Position numbers and translations under genes: made by a program. Source: Chlamydiota bacterium (lineage in GTDB: Bacteria > Chlamydiota > Chlamydiia > Chlamydiales > SM23-39). From it: a stretch of 45,808 bases of DNA. This document shows positions 30,995 to 41,538 of this stretch, piece by piece. The stretch is from assembly GCA_050049995.1 (NCBI GenBank), contig JASFVE010000004.1, forward strand, positions 1-45,808, written 5' to 3'. The notes under the pieces are model-generated. The model saw only the letters and a list, made by a program, of their open reading frames with translations, had not been told where the DNA came from and ran no database searches. Each line of letters begins with the position of its first letter. Within the stretch, counting starts at the first letter, position 1.

Positions 30995-31973
30995 CGACCC
31001 ACTTTCCTTTTTTAGACATCTGCAGAGCGCCTCTCCTGATCATTTTTGCAGATCTTATTTAGTTATAGTTCCCGATGATTTTGATAGGCAAAAGATCAAA
31101 AAGAAAATTTTATCTATTTTTTCTTCGAAAAAAATTGAGATCAAGGCCTTTTCAGGAGAAGAAGCTGATCCGCAGAGCGTTATATCTGACTTGGCAAGTC
31201 CTTCTTTATTTTCTGAAGAACCTCTTATCATAGTTGATTTTTTTGAAAAACTGAAAGACAAGACAGTTTTTAAAAAGCTCATACCTTCTATGAGCTGGGG
31301 GCATTTTATTTTTTTGTGTTCTTCTAAAACAGGTCTGCAGGGTATTGATAAAGCTATTGAAAAACACGGAATAGTATTCGATTTTAGCTCTGAAAAGCCC
31401 TGGGTTAAAAAGGAAAGAATAGAAAAAAGTCTTTTACATCTAGCTAAAAAAGAATCGGTTGTTCTTTCTAAGGATGTAATAGAGTATCTTTTTACTAGAA
31501 TGCAAGGTGATCCTTCTTTATTAGAACAGGAGGTTAAAAAGCTTCTAGTTTATATAGGAGATAAAAAAAATATAACACTTGCTGATGTGCATGCTGTAGG
31601 AGCGATGGCCAAAGAAGCCTCATTGTGGCAAGAGGCAGAAAAAATGGTATGGGAGCAGAAAAGATCGGTACATAAGATATTTGAGTCTAGCCATTTTTTT
31701 TCTCTTATAGCAGCGCTTCGCTTTCAGCTCAGTTTGGGTAAGAAACTTTGTTTTTACATGGAACAAAATATATCTTTTTCGGAGCTTCAAAAGCTTTTTC
31801 CTAAAATGTGGCCTAAAGCCTTAGAAAAGAGAAAAGCACAGGCAAAAGACTTAGGTCTTTCTTTTTTTGACAAGGGAATCTCTTATCTTTATGAAATAGA
31901 GCTTTTCTCTAAAGATGGAGTTCAGCAACATCTTTTGTTACTTGATTACTTTCTAGCCAGACTATGCATATGA
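30984..31973 (+). CDS. holA: DNA polymerase III delta subunit (CT047-like)
   Basis: SPSLFSEE, EKPW, L.QEVKKL..Y.G.KK.IT..DV; upstream of the methylase as in Chlamydia. Confidence 0.8.
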   Translation: MKYNDPLSFFRHLQSASPDHFCRSYLVIVPDDFDRQKIKKKILSIFSSKKIEIKAFSGEEADPQSVISDLASPSLFSEEPLIIVDFFEKLKDKTVFKKLIPSMSWGHFIFLCSSKTGLQGIDKAIEKHGIVFDFSSEKPWVKKERIEKSLLHLAKKESVVLSKDVIEYLFTRMQGDPSLLEQEVKKLLVYIGDKKNITLADVHAVGAMAKEASLWQEAEKMVWEQKRSVHKIFESSHFFSLIAALRFQLSLGKKLCFYMEQNISFSELQKLFPKMWPKALEKRKAQAKDLGLSFFDKGISYLYEIELFSKDGVQQHLLLLDYFLARLCI

Positions 31974-32674
31974 GTAAAACTCTTTACCTTCTTCCTAATC
32001 TTTTGGACGAAAACCAACCTATCGAGGCGTTTTTACCTTCTTCTTTAAAAGCTGTAGTAAACTCTCTGACGGGCCTTTTTGCTGAAAGTGAAAAAGGAGC
32101 CCGAAAATATCTATTAAAGTTCATGGATCGAGAAAAGATGCAGAAAGTGCAGATTAAACTTTTAAATGAACACACAGAGGATAAAGACCTACAGGAATAT
32201 ATCCATTCAATAAAGGAAAAAGAAACTTGGGGAGTTGTATCAGATGCAGGCCTTCCTATCATTGCAGATCCAGGTGCTAAATTAACCATGCTTGCACATA
32301 AGAGCAAAATGCATGTAAAAATGATTAATGGGCCAAGTTCGATTATGATGGCTCTTGTTATGTCAGGGTTTAATGGGCAAAAGTTTCAGTTTCACGGGTA
32401 TTTACCAAGGAAAGAGGAGCAGCTAGCTCAAGCTTTAAAAGATATTGAGAAAAAAGCGAAACAGGAACAATCTACACAAATTTGGATTGAAGCGCCTTAT
32501 AGAACACAAAAAATGATAGACTTATCACTTCAGCATTTACAAAAGAATACTTTGTTTTGCGTAGCTATTAATCTCACATCAGCTCATGAAAAGGTATTAT
32601 CTATGAGCGTTTCTGAGTGGAGAAAGTCAAAATTTAAGACAGATAAATCACCAGCTGTTTTTTTGTTAGCTTAA
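31964..32674 (+). CDS. SAM-dependent methyltransferase of the tetrapyrrole methylase/RsmI family
   Basis: TLYLLPN.L, LNEHT, VSDAGLPIIADPG, GPSSIMMAL..SGFNGQ.F.FHGYLP, IEAPYR. Confidence 0.88.
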   Translation: MHMSKTLYLLPNLLDENQPIEAFLPSSLKAVVNSLTGLFAESEKGARKYLLKFMDREKMQKVQIKLLNEHTEDKDLQEYIHSIKEKETWGVVSDAGLPIIADPGAKLTMLAHKSKMHVKMINGPSSIMMALVMSGFNGQKFQFHGYLPRKEEQLAQALKDIEKKAKQEQSTQIWIEAPYRTQKMIDLSLQHLQKNTLFCVAINLTSAHEKVLSMSVSEWRKSKFKTDKSPAVFLLA

Positions 32675-32816
32675 AAATTTGCCGTAAAAATTAATTTTCT
32701 AGTCCAATACACTTACTATTAGTAGGTTCTACTAACCCTCTAATTTTTAAGCTGGCAATAGTACCTTATAATTTGTTAATTGTAGAAATAGGAATAAAAA
32801 GTGAGAGGGGAGAAGC

Positions 32817-33248
32817 ATGATAGAAGATGGCAAACAAGTATCACTAGAATACTCAGTATTTTTACAAGATGGTAAAATGATTGATTCAAATGTTGGTGAA
32901 GAACCTGTTGTTTTCCTGCAAGGGTCTCATCAAATTTTACCAGCTCTAGAGGAGGCTATTCGGGGTCTAAGGGAGGGAGACACTAAAAAGATTACACTAC
33001 TTCCTGCGCAAGCCTACGGTGAAGTTGATCCTGAAGCTTTTAGAGATGTTGATCCTAATGCCATACCTGAGCAAATGAGGTATGAAGGAGCTATCTTAGG
33101 TGTGCAAGATGAGTTTGGACAGCAGTATAGAATCCGTATTCATGAAATTAAGGAAGATAAAGTAGTTGTAGACTTTAACCATCCTTTAGCTGGGCAGACA
33201 CTTACCTTTGATATGAAAATACTTGCTGTACAAGAAGGGCAGGCTTAA
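32817..33248 (+). CDS. FKBP-type peptidyl-prolyl isomerase, SlyD-like without the His-rich tail
   Basis: G..IDS, ILPALEEA..G, P.QAYG, VDFNHPLAGQTLTF; GAGAGGGG RBS. Confidence 0.9.
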   Translation: MIEDGKQVSLEYSVFLQDGKMIDSNVGEEPVVFLQGSHQILPALEEAIRGLREGDTKKITLLPAQAYGEVDPEAFRDVDPNAIPEQMRYEGAILGVQDEFGQQYRIRIHEIKEDKVVVDFNHPLAGQTLTFDMKILAVQEGQA

Positions 33249-34444
33249 ACAATCTCTGAGGCTACCGTATCATAAAATAGCTTTCCTTTCTCTGTAAGAG
33301 ATAGGAAAGGTGTTTCATATTTTAGAAACTGTTGCTCTATAAGGCCTTGGGTATAAGAAAATACCTCTTTGCTAGAAATTTTCCAAAAATTAGCAAAGGA
33401 AGGGAGGTTAATTCCTTGTAGGACTCTTAGGCCAATGACTAACGCTTCTTTAACTTGTTTTGTATAAGGTAACTTTTCTTCAAAGTCTATTGGGCTTTCG
33501 TTAGCAAATACCTGGCTTATATATTTAGGGAAATTAGCGATATTCCTATATCGCTTCTTATCAAAGTAACTGTAGGCAGAAGGGCCAAATCCTAAAAAAT
33601 CTCTTGAGGTCCAGTACCCGAGATTATGCTTTGAGACTTTGCCGTTTTTAGCAAAAGCAGATATTTCATACCTCATAAGTCCCATACTTTCTAATTTTTC
33701 GATGCTATATTCCAGCATTTGGTAGGAAGTCTCTGAAGAGGGGAGGTTCAAGGTTTTCTGTTTTCTAAAAAGTACGGTATTAGGTTCGATTGTTAAGTTA
33801 TATAAAGAAAGATGGGAAATAGGAAGAGCTTCTACTTGCATAAGAGTATCTTGAAAAGCTGATAATGTTTGATCGGGAAGGTCATACATGAGATCAATAG
33901 AGACGTTATCTATTAAACAGTCATGTAAACAATAAAGAGCTTTTTTAATTTGCGCTGAGCTGTGATTTCTCCCTATTTTTTTAAGTAATGTGTCATTGAG
34001 TGTTTGTACTCCTACACTAAATCGATTGAAACCAACTTCCTTTAATTCCATGATAAGGTTTTGGTCAATATCTTCGGGGTTTGCCTCCATTGTTATTTCG
34101 CAATCAAGGCTTAAAGTAAAATTAGCAGATATTTTATTTAATACTTTTGCAAAATACTTTGGGGATAAAAGGATGGGGGTTCCACCCCCAAAATAAATAG
34201 AGACAATTTCTTTTTGTGCTAACAGATGACTGTTCAAGTCGATTTCTTGTAAAAAAGCTTTCGTTAAAGCGACTTGTTTATCTTGTTCATCTCTTATGAC
34301 AAAAAAATGACAATAAGGACATTTTTTTCTACAAAAAGGAATGTGAAAATAAAGGCTTATCTTACCAGTTGTCGGAGTCAGGGTCTTCGAGGATTCCTCT
34401 TTTCCATCGGTTTTTATCGGAGAAGGGATCTTCTTCTTCTTCAT
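33245..34444 (-). CDS. hemW: Radical SAM heme chaperone HemW (HemN-like); start uncertain
   Basis: LYFHIPFCRKKCPYCHF (CxxxCxxC), YFGGGTP, EANP, RYEISAF, HNLGYW, GPSA; the conserved part begins at ~34366 and the nearest in-frame ATG is 34444. Confidence 0.9.
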   Translation of the reverse strand: MKKKKIPSPIKTDGKEESSKTLTPTTGKISLYFHIPFCRKKCPYCHFFVIRDEQDKQVALTKAFLQEIDLNSHLLAQKEIVSIYFGGGTPILLSPKYFAKVLNKISANFTLSLDCEITMEANPEDIDQNLIMELKEVGFNRFSVGVQTLNDTLLKKIGRNHSSAQIKKALYCLHDCLIDNVSIDLMYDLPDQTLSAFQDTLMQVEALPISHLSLYNLTIEPNTVLFRKQKTLNLPSSETSYQMLEYSIEKLESMGLMRYEISAFAKNGKVSKHNLGYWTSRDFLGFGPSAYSYFDKKRYRNIANFPKYISQVFANESPIDFEEKLPYTKQVKEALVIGLRVLQGINLPSFANFWKISSKEVFSYTQGLIEQQFLKYETPFLSLTEKGKLFYDTVASEIV

Positions 34445-34796
34445 AATGAGTGCTTTCTTCACCGAATTCGGTGGAATCTGCTTGTGTTTCTTCATATCCT
34501 TCTTCCATGTCAAAACCAGCTTCAGTCATTTCAACTCCCATATCCATATCGGAAAGAGTATGTGCTTCAGGGTAAACTTGTCTTGCAGGTGCTTTTTTAG
34601 GGGTGACATATTCTTCAATTTCACCATTTTCTTTTAAAAAGCGAAGGCGTTCTTTTTCCTCGTCGATTTTCTCTTTAAGGAGACGAATTTCTTCCTTGTG
34701 CTTTTCGGTATCTTTTTTAGGTACTAATCCCAGTTTGAGCCACTGTTCTAGGTCTTGCAGTTCAACTTCTAGTTTTTTTAACCTTTCGCTTTTCAT
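34362..34796 (-). CDS. Chlamydia-conserved acidic protein (CT053-like)
   Basis: MKSERLKKLE.EL.DL.QW..LGLVPKK...EEKERL..LKENGEIEEYVTP...EDPFSD.NRW.RG...DPD..W matches the protein I recall as CT053. Confidence 0.85.
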   Translation of the reverse strand: MKSERLKKLEVELQDLEQWLKLGLVPKKDTEKHKEEIRLLKEKIDEEKERLRFLKENGEIEEYVTPKKAPARQVYPEAHTLSDMDMGVEMTEAGFDMEEGYEETQADSTEFGEESTHYEEEEDPFSDKNRWKRGILEDPDSDNW

Positions 34797-34879
34797 ATAT
34801 CCCCTGAAATGATCCTTTCGATTTGTTTGTTAACTGAATAGTTCTTTTTTTTTAAATCTTTTTTTATTAGCGATGCTAA

Positions 34880-34908
34880 AATTTATCGCAAAACTGACTA
34901 GAAGTCAA
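34880..34908 (-). promoter_or_regulatory. Putative sigma66 promoter of the CT053-like/hemW unit
   Basis: On the minus strand TTGACT-17 nt-TAAATT. Confidence 0.45.
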
Positions 34909-35120
34909 GGACTCCCATTGAGGAAACAAGATTTGCCTCATTAAAAAATCGAAAAAGCAAATACTTTATACCTAAGTAAAAAAAAGATCAATTCAATTGA
35001 AAAAATTCCCCCAAACATTTTTATAGCTATTTTTGGTTAGTAAAAATTTCTTTTAAAGAAAGTAAGTCTTGTATTAATGTTTCGCAACTTTAAAAAAAAT
35101 TATTAACAAGAGGTAAATAT

Positions 35121-35831
35121 ATGTCAGCTGTAGGATTAAGTCATACTTCAATAACAATTGACTCAGATCGATCACCAGGCGTGAGGTTGCATGGTGATAA
35201 GGAGCTTACTGAGGCCACGATGAAAGAGATGGCAAACTTTCTTTTAAATAATGGTAATTATGCTGCAGGCTATTCTACTGCTAGTCTTAGAAATTTGAGA
35301 GTAGAACCTCTTTCAGCTGAAGAAATTAGGTATGGGATAAGAGTTATTAAAGATCATCCCTTGCTAATCCCTAATTTTTCAAACGAGGCAAATACAGATA
35401 GATCAGGATTAATTAGAGTTACGATGAAAAGAACTTTTACAATTACAGAGTTACAGGCATATGGTGCAAAGCTTCAAGATATAAGAGTATTTTTAGGTGA
35501 AGTAGAACGGACATCTTTCAAGGTTCTTACTATCTCTAAGAATGCATGGAGTGCAGTTCACAGACATTTAAAGAAAGTAGAAGACTCAGAAAGAGCAAAT
35601 AATTGGTTCATAAGTTACCAAACTGGATACCGTAGGTTGCCTCCTCCTCGTGAAAAAACTTGCTGCGAAAAATTTACGGATGGCGTTTCAGATGTTGTGT
35701 CAAAATGCTGTAGCCTTGAAGTAATAGCTCTTGCCTGCCTTAGTTCTTGCATGCTGGGTATTGTTGGGGGGCTTGGGTTTTTTGTTTATGCTGCTGTCAC
35801 CGCAGAGCAAGATGCAGAGTTAAATGGCTAG
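35121..35831 (+). CDS. Hypothetical protein with a Cys-rich C-terminal membrane anchor (candidate effector)
   Basis: GAGG RBS; Ser/Thr-rich N-terminus; KTCC...KCC...LACLSSCMLGIVGGLGFFVYAAV near the C-terminus. Confidence 0.7.
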   Translation: MSAVGLSHTSITIDSDRSPGVRLHGDKELTEATMKEMANFLLNNGNYAAGYSTASLRNLRVEPLSAEEIRYGIRVIKDHPLLIPNFSNEANTDRSGLIRVTMKRTFTITELQAYGAKLQDIRVFLGEVERTSFKVLTISKNAWSAVHRHLKKVEDSERANNWFISYQTGYRRLPPPREKTCCEKFTDGVSDVVSKCCSLEVIALACLSSCMLGIVGGLGFFVYAAVTAEQDAELNG

Positions 35832-35852
35832 CTTCGCTTTATGTCATCAAGT

Positions 35853-35918
35853 CTCATTTATGAGAGTCGTACATCCAAATATACATTAGTGTACGGCTCT
35901 TATAAGATAATGAGTTTT
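35853..35918. terminator. Long stem-loop between convergent genes (probable terminator, possibly bidirectional)
   Basis: TTATGAGAGTCGTACA (35858-35873) pairs with TGTACGGCTCTTATAA (35890-35905), including 2 G-U pairs on the + strand; outer CTCAT/ATGAG pairing; followed by TTTT. Confidence 0.6.
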
Positions 35919-36246
35919 AAAAGTAAGTATTCTCAGCCAAATCAAGCATGTGTCTACGTAGGCCCATTTTATGGGCAAATATATCTGAAGCTACTTTTGA
36001 AACTAATAAAGCCCCTACTGATATACTTAAGGATAAATCTCCAAAAAGTCCGTTTTGTGGTCTTATTATAGGAATAAAGCGGCTCCAAAATATAAAAAGA
36101 AGGGATACATCATTTACGGATTTAGCAAGAGAATAGTAAAGAAGAAGATTTTCATGACATTCGTTAAGGTTTCTAGCCAGTTCTATCCCTAGACGAGGAA
36201 CGAACAAACTTTCACAATATTCTTGTATTCCGCCAGTAAATCTCAT
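35917..36246 (-). CDS. Small hypothetical membrane protein
   Basis: 109-aa ATG ORF with two hydrophobic stretches; ends at the hairpin. Confidence 0.45.
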   Translation of the reverse strand: MRFTGGIQEYCESLFVPRLGIELARNLNECHENLLLYYSLAKSVNDVSLLFIFWSRFIPIIRPQNGLFGDLSLSISVGALLVSKVASDIFAHKMGLRRHMLDLAENTYF

Positions 36247-36364
36247 AACAGTTTTTTAGATAAAATTTATTTATCTAGCTTATTTTTTTACAACATTTTA
36301 ATAAAATTTTTTTTAAAACTATTTTCGTATCAGTTATGTAAAAAGATAAACTGGAGGATCTTTT

Positions 36365-39043
36365 GTGCATGAATTATTGGCAAATTACCAATCGATCAGC
36401 GCTCTTTATCAAAAATACTTAGAAGATCCTCAAAAAATAGACCAGAGTTGGAAGTATTTCTTTAAAGGGATGGAAGAGGGGGAAATCTTTTGTTCCTCTA
36501 AAGGTTCTGGGGATATCAGAGCTTTTTTTCTCCTAGATTTTTTTAGAAGGCATGGTCATTTATATGCAAAAATAAATCCTTTAGTAAAGCATGAAAAAAC
36601 AATCGACCTTAAAAAGTTTGGATTTCAAGCAGGTGAAGAAAAATTAAAATTCTATACATTTGACTTTCTAAAGGAAAAAGAAGCTAAACTTCAAGATATT
36701 CTAGATGCTCTTAAAAAAGTATATACAAGTCGAATTGGTCTAGAGTATATGCACTGCAGCGAGGAGTTAATTCGTTGGATTCAAAAGAAAGTTGAGCCTG
36801 ATTTGCCTTTAGAGATTTCACAAGAGGACAAACATCTTATTGCAGAATATTTAAACCGTTCAGAAATTTTTGAATCCTTTTTAAACACTAAGTACCCAGG
36901 ACAAAAAAGGTTTTCTATTGAAGGAGCAGAAACTCTTATACCGATGCTTGCTAAATTGATGCACCTTATTTCGGATAACAATGCAAGTGAGTTGGTTATT
37001 GGCATGGCGCATAGGGGGAGGTTAAATGTATTAGCCAACATTGTTGAAAAACCTTATTCAGTAATTTTTCATGAATTTAAAGAGGAGTACCTTCCTTCTT
37101 CTTTTGAAGGGACAGGGGATGTAAAATATCATAAAGGGTATTCCTCAGATGTACGGCTTAATAACGGGAAACAACTTCATGTTCATTTATGTGCCAATCC
37201 ATCTCACTTAGAGTCTATTGATCCTGTCGCTATTGGACAGACTTATGCCAAGCAAAAACTATCTGATAAAAGCCGTATTGTTCCTGTTTTACTACATGGA
37301 GATGCCTCTTTTGCCAGCCAAGGGGTTGTTTATGAGACTATGCAACTTATGAACCTTCCAAGCTATACAGTAAATGGGGCAATTGAAATTGTGATTAATA
37401 ATCAAATCGGCTTTACCACTCTTCCTAAAGAAGGTAGATCTACTACTTATTGTTCCGATATCGCTAAATCGTTCCAAATTCCAGTTTTTCATGTGAACGC
37501 TGAAGATCCTGAAATGTGCATTTTTGCTATCAAAATGGCGCATGAGATTAGGGAGGTATTTAAAATTAATGTGATTATAGATCTTATTTCTTATCGAAAA
37601 TATGGACACAATGAGGGAGATGAACCAGCTTTTACGCAGCCTCTTCAATATGAAGTCATTCGAAGTAAAAAAACAATTCGTGAAATGTATTTAGATTATC
37701 TTATTTCTAAGGGAGCCCTAGAAGAGCAAAGAAAAAAAGAATTAGAGACAGAATTTAAAGATACTTTGTCTAAAGCTATTGAAGAAAGTGACTCATTTAA
37801 AGAAAAGCCTCCTGAGCCTGAAAAAATTTTAGGGACCATCTGGGGTGAATATGTCCACGTTGAAGAAAAAGAGCTTTTTGAAGAGAACCTTACAAAAGTT
37901 TCTTTAGATGTTATTAAAGAGGTAATTAAACAATTTTGCACAGTTCCTGCAAACTTTCATATTCATAAAAAATTAGATAAATGGCTGCATCAGCGCTTGG
38001 AAGTGATGCAAAAAGATTCTAAAGAACATTTGGTGGACTGGTCTCTTGCTGAGCTGATTGCTTTGGGAACTCTTTTGAAGGAAAATATTCCCATTCGATT
38101 AGCGGGGCAAGACTCTAAAAGAGGTACGTTCAACCAAAGACATGATGTATGGATAGATCAGAAAACAGCAGAGGAGTACTGTCCATTGCAGCATATCAGT
38201 AAAGAGCAAGGCTCATTTACTATTATAAATACCCCTTTAACAGAATTTGCAGCCTTAGGATTTGAGTATGGCTTTTCCCTTTCTTCTCCTAAAACACTGG
38301 TATTATGGGAGGCTCAATTTGGAGACTTTTCTAATGGCGCCCAAATCATTATTGATCAGTATATCTCAACAGGACAGCATAAATGGAATCGGTTGTCTTC
38401 TCTTGTCTTGCTACTACCTCATGGGTATGAAGGGCAGGGCCCTGAACATTCTTCTGGAAGAATAGAGAGGTTTATGCAGCTTGCAGCGCAAAATAATATT
38501 CAAGTTGTCATTCCCTCTACACCTTCTCAATACTTTCATTTATTAAGAAGGCAGGCAGTTCGGACAATCAAACGTCCTTTAGTTATATTTACCCCTAAAT
38601 CTTTGTTGAGGCACCCGCTTTGTTTGAGCTCGCTCCAGGATTTAAGTATAGGAACATTTCAGGAAGTGCTAGATGATCCAAAGCAAACTGGAGCAAAAAA
38701 ACTGATTCTTTGTTCAGGGAAAATATATTACGATCTTATTCAGTTTAGAGAAGAACAAAACATAGAAGCTGCCGCCATAATTCGAATTGAACAACTTTAT
38801 CCTTTGCATGAAGAGAAAGTTAAAAAATTACTTGAGAAATATAAGGGTTGTCAGGAATGTTTTTGGGTACAGGAAGAGCCTGAAAATATGGGCGCTTACT
38901 TATATGTTAAAGATGATCTTGAAAGGCTTGCAGGTAAAAAAATACTATTTGCCGGAAGAGATAAAAGTGCATCTCCTGCTACAGGATCTATGAAACAGCA
39001 TAAACAAGAATTACAAACCATATTAGAAAAAGCCCTGACATGA
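36365..39043 (+). CDS. sucA: 2-oxoglutarate dehydrogenase E1
   Basis: [76 protein letters not shown] with GTG start. Confidence 0.97.
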   Translation: MHELLANYQSISALYQKYLEDPQKIDQSWKYFFKGMEEGEIFCSSKGSGDIRAFFLLDFFRRHGHLYAKINPLVKHEKTIDLKKFGFQAGEEKLKFYTFDFLKEKEAKLQDILDALKKVYTSRIGLEYMHCSEELIRWIQKKVEPDLPLEISQEDKHLIAEYLNRSEIFESFLNTKYPGQKRFSIEGAETLIPMLAKLMHLISDNNASELVIGMAHRGRLNVLANIVEKPYSVIFHEFKEEYLPSSFEGTGDVKYHKGYSSDVRLNNGKQLHVHLCANPSHLESIDPVAIGQTYAKQKLSDKSRIVPVLLHGDASFASQGVVYETMQLMNLPSYTVNGAIEIVINNQIGFTTLPKEGRSTTYCSDIAKSFQIPVFHVNAEDPEMCIFAIKMAHEIREVFKINVIIDLISYRKYGHNEGDEPAFTQPLQYEVIRSKKTIREMYLDYLISKGALEEQRKKELETEFKDTLSKAIEESDSFKEKPPEPEKILGTIWGEYVHVEEKELFEENLTKVSLDVIKEVIKQFCTVPANFHIHKKLDKWLHQRLEVMQKDSKEHLVDWSLAELIALGTLLKENIPIRLAGQDSKRGTFNQRHDVWIDQKTAEEYCPLQHISKEQGSFTIINTPLTEFAALGFEYGFSLSSPKTLVLWEAQFGDFSNGAQIIIDQYISTGQHKWNRLSSLVLLLPHGYEGQGPEHSSGRIERFMQLAAQNNIQVVIPSTPSQYFHLLRRQAVRTIKRPLVIFTPKSLLRHPLCLSSLQDLSIGTFQEVLDDPKQTGAKKLILCSGKIYYDLIQFREEQNIEAAAIIRIEQLYPLHEEKVKKLLEKYKGCQECFWVQEEPENMGAYLYVKDDLERLAGKKILFAGRDKSASPATGSMKQHKQELQTILEKALT

Positions 39044-40152
39044 AAAAAGAAGTTAAAGTTCCCTCACTAGGCGAATCTATTACAGAAGCTACTGTAAGCA
39101 ATATCTTAAAGACAAGTGGCAGCTATGTCGACATGGATGAAGAGATCATTGAACTGGAAACAGATAAAGTAAATCAAACAATTAATGCTCCTGAATCGGG
39201 TGTTTTAACAGTTAATGTCAAGGTCGATGACGTAGTGAAAGTAGGACAGGTTTTAGGGGAAATCGACACCGAAGCTAAGGGACCTAAAAAAGAAGAACAG
39301 CCTAAAGAAGAAAAGCCTAAAGAAAAACCAGAAAAAAAAGTTCAAACTGGGACGAAAATCAGGGAAACAGAAGAGGACTTTTTACAATCTATAGACATAG
39401 AGCAGAAAGAAGAAGCAAAAGAAGAAAAGCTGGTTGAGCCAAAAAAAGAAAGTAAAAACGAAAAAAGAACCCGTATGTCCAAGCTAAGAAGGGTAATATC
39501 TCAAAAGCTAGTAGAGGCAAAAAATCAAACAGCCATGCTCACTACTTTTAATGAAGTAGATATGAAAGAGATCATTGACTTTAGAAAAAACGAGCAGGAA
39601 AGTTTTCAAAAAAAACATGGCGTCAAGCTGGGGTTCATGTCTTTTTTTATTAAAGCAGTCGTAAAAGCACTAGAGCAATATCCTGAAATTAATGGTTACA
39701 TTGATGGAGAAGAAATTGTTATAAGAAACTATTATAACATTGGAGTTGCTGTAGGTACTGAAAAAGGACTTATGGTACCAGTCATAAATGACTGTGATAA
39801 AAAATCTTTTGCCGAGCTCGAAAAAGAGCTGAAAGTCTTTGCTGAAAAAGCCAGAGAGGGGAGTCTTTCCATTGATAGCCTGCAAGGAGGTGGTTTTACT
39901 ATTTCTAATGGCGGTGTATATGGATCGATGTTATCAACACCCATTTTAAATCCTCCTCAAAGCGGCATATTGGGTATGCATGCCATTCAAAAAAGGGCTG
40001 TGGTTATTGAAGATGAAATTGTCATAAGACCTATGATGTATTTAGCCTTAAGTTACGACCATCGCATCGTTGATGGCAAAGAGGCCATTGGATTTTTAGT
40101 TCAAATGAAAAATTACTTAGAAGACCCTATTAGACAACTTGTGGATAGTTAA
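39040..40152 (+). CDS. sucB: Dihydrolipoamide succinyltransferase E2
   Basis: Lipoyl motif [45 protein letters not shown]. Confidence 0.97.
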   Translation: MKKEVKVPSLGESITEATVSNILKTSGSYVDMDEEIIELETDKVNQTINAPESGVLTVNVKVDDVVKVGQVLGEIDTEAKGPKKEEQPKEEKPKEKPEKKVQTGTKIRETEEDFLQSIDIEQKEEAKEEKLVEPKKESKNEKRTRMSKLRRVISQKLVEAKNQTAMLTTFNEVDMKEIIDFRKNEQESFQKKHGVKLGFMSFFIKAVVKALEQYPEINGYIDGEEIVIRNYYNIGVAVGTEKGLMVPVINDCDKKSFAELEKELKVFAEKAREGSLSIDSLQGGGFTISNGGVYGSMLSTPILNPPQSGILGMHAIQKRAVVIEDEIVIRPMMYLALSYDHRIVDGKEAIGFLVQMKNYLEDPIRQLVDS

Positions 40153-40154
40153 CT

Positions 40155-41537
40155 ATGCATGATTATCAAGTGGCTGTTATTGGTGCAGGTCCTGGGGGAT
40201 ATGTAGCTGCAATTAAAGCCAGGCAGCTAGGGTTAAAGACAGTTTGCATTGAAAAAAGAAAAACTTTAGGCGGCACCTGTCTAAATGTAGGTTGCATTCC
40301 CTCAAAGTGTTTACTGCATTCATCGGAACTTTTTTTTCAGTCAAAACATCATTTTTTTCATCATGGAATAGATGTTCCAAATGTACATTTCGATTATAGC
40401 AAAATGCAGACGAGAAAAAATGAAGTGGTTAAAAGTTTTGTTCAGGGAATCGATTTTTTATTTAAGAAAAATAAAGTAGAACACATTCAGGGGCATGCTA
40501 GGTTAGTTGATCCTTATACTATTGAGGTGGAAGGTAAAAAACTTACAGCTGATAACATCATACTGGCCACAGGATCTGAGACGATTGAACTTGACTTCTT
40601 AAAGTTTGATGAAAAAAAAGTTGTCAGTTCAACGGGAGCCTTAGAGCTTTCTAGCATTCCTAAAAAAATGGTGATTGTGGGAGCGGGCATTATTGGAGTG
40701 GAGCTTGGTTCTGTTTTTAGCAGGTTGGGATCATCAGTAGAGTTTGTAGAATTTTTAGATCGTATTTGTCCTACCTTTGATAAAGATATATCGGATGCTG
40801 CTCATAAAATTTTTACAAAACAAGGAATGAAGTTTTCTCTTTCTCACAAAGTAACAAATGCAAAAGTCAATAAAGAGCAGATTTTTTTACAAGTTGAAGG
40901 AGCAGAAAAAACAAAAGAGTTGCAAGCTGATACTGTTTTAGTAGCTATTGGAAGAAAGCCAAACACTTATCGTTTAGGGCTAGAAGAAGTTGGCATCCAA
41001 ATGACAGAAAAAGGTTTTATTCAGGTAAATGACTGTTTTCAGACAAACCATCCTCATATTTTTGCCATCGGCGATGTAATTGGAGGGCAAATGCTTGCTC
41101 ATAAAGCCTCAGAAGAAGGAGTTTGCGTAGTTGAATTTATTAAGAGGATAACTTCTAAGCTTTCTTATATGGCTATCCCAAGTGTTGCTTATACCTATCC
41201 TGAAATTGCCTCTGTTGGTTTTATGGAAAAGACACTGCAAGAAAAAAACATCCCTTATAAAAGCTTTTCTTTTCCTATGAAGGCAAATTCCAGGGCCAAA
41301 TGTACTGGTCAAGAAGAGGGGTTTGTTAAAATACTAGGACACAAGACAACTAAAACTCTTTTAGGTGTCCATATTATTGCAGCAAACGCTTCGGAGCTAA
41401 TAGGTGAAGCAGCTGTTGCTATACAAAAGAAAATGACTGTAAACGAACTAGCTAATACACCTCATGCTCACCCTACCTTGCTAGAGGCAGTAAAAGAAGC
41501 TTGTCTCGGGGTTTTCGATAAACCGTTACATCTTTAA
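40155..41537 (+). CDS. lpdA: Dihydrolipoamide dehydrogenase E3
   Basis: GAGPGGY, GGTCLNVGCIPSK, GAGIIGVE, MLAHKASEEG, HAHPT. Confidence 0.97.
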   Translation: MHDYQVAVIGAGPGGYVAAIKARQLGLKTVCIEKRKTLGGTCLNVGCIPSKCLLHSSELFFQSKHHFFHHGIDVPNVHFDYSKMQTRKNEVVKSFVQGIDFLFKKNKVEHIQGHARLVDPYTIEVEGKKLTADNIILATGSETIELDFLKFDEKKVVSSTGALELSSIPKKMVIVGAGIIGVELGSVFSRLGSSVEFVEFLDRICPTFDKDISDAAHKIFTKQGMKFSLSHKVTNAKVNKEQIFLQVEGAEKTKELQADTVLVAIGRKPNTYRLGLEEVGIQMTEKGFIQVNDCFQTNHPHIFAIGDVIGGQMLAHKASEEGVCVVEFIKRITSKLSYMAIPSVAYTYPEIASVGFMEKTLQEKNIPYKSFSFPMKANSRAKCTGQEEGFVKILGHKTTKTLLGVHIIAANASELIGEAAVAIQKKMTVNELANTPHAHPTLLEAVKEACLGVFDKPLHL

Positions 41538-41538
41538 T

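Noticed and set aside
32719..32735. Short inverted repeat TTAGTAG-gtt-CTACTAA
   Set aside because: 7-bp AT-rich stem with no U-tract; not enough to call a terminator or operator
35841..36136. Plus-strand ORFs 35841..36071 and 35948..36136
   Set aside because: They overlap the hairpin and/or the longer minus-strand ORF and have no RBS or motif support
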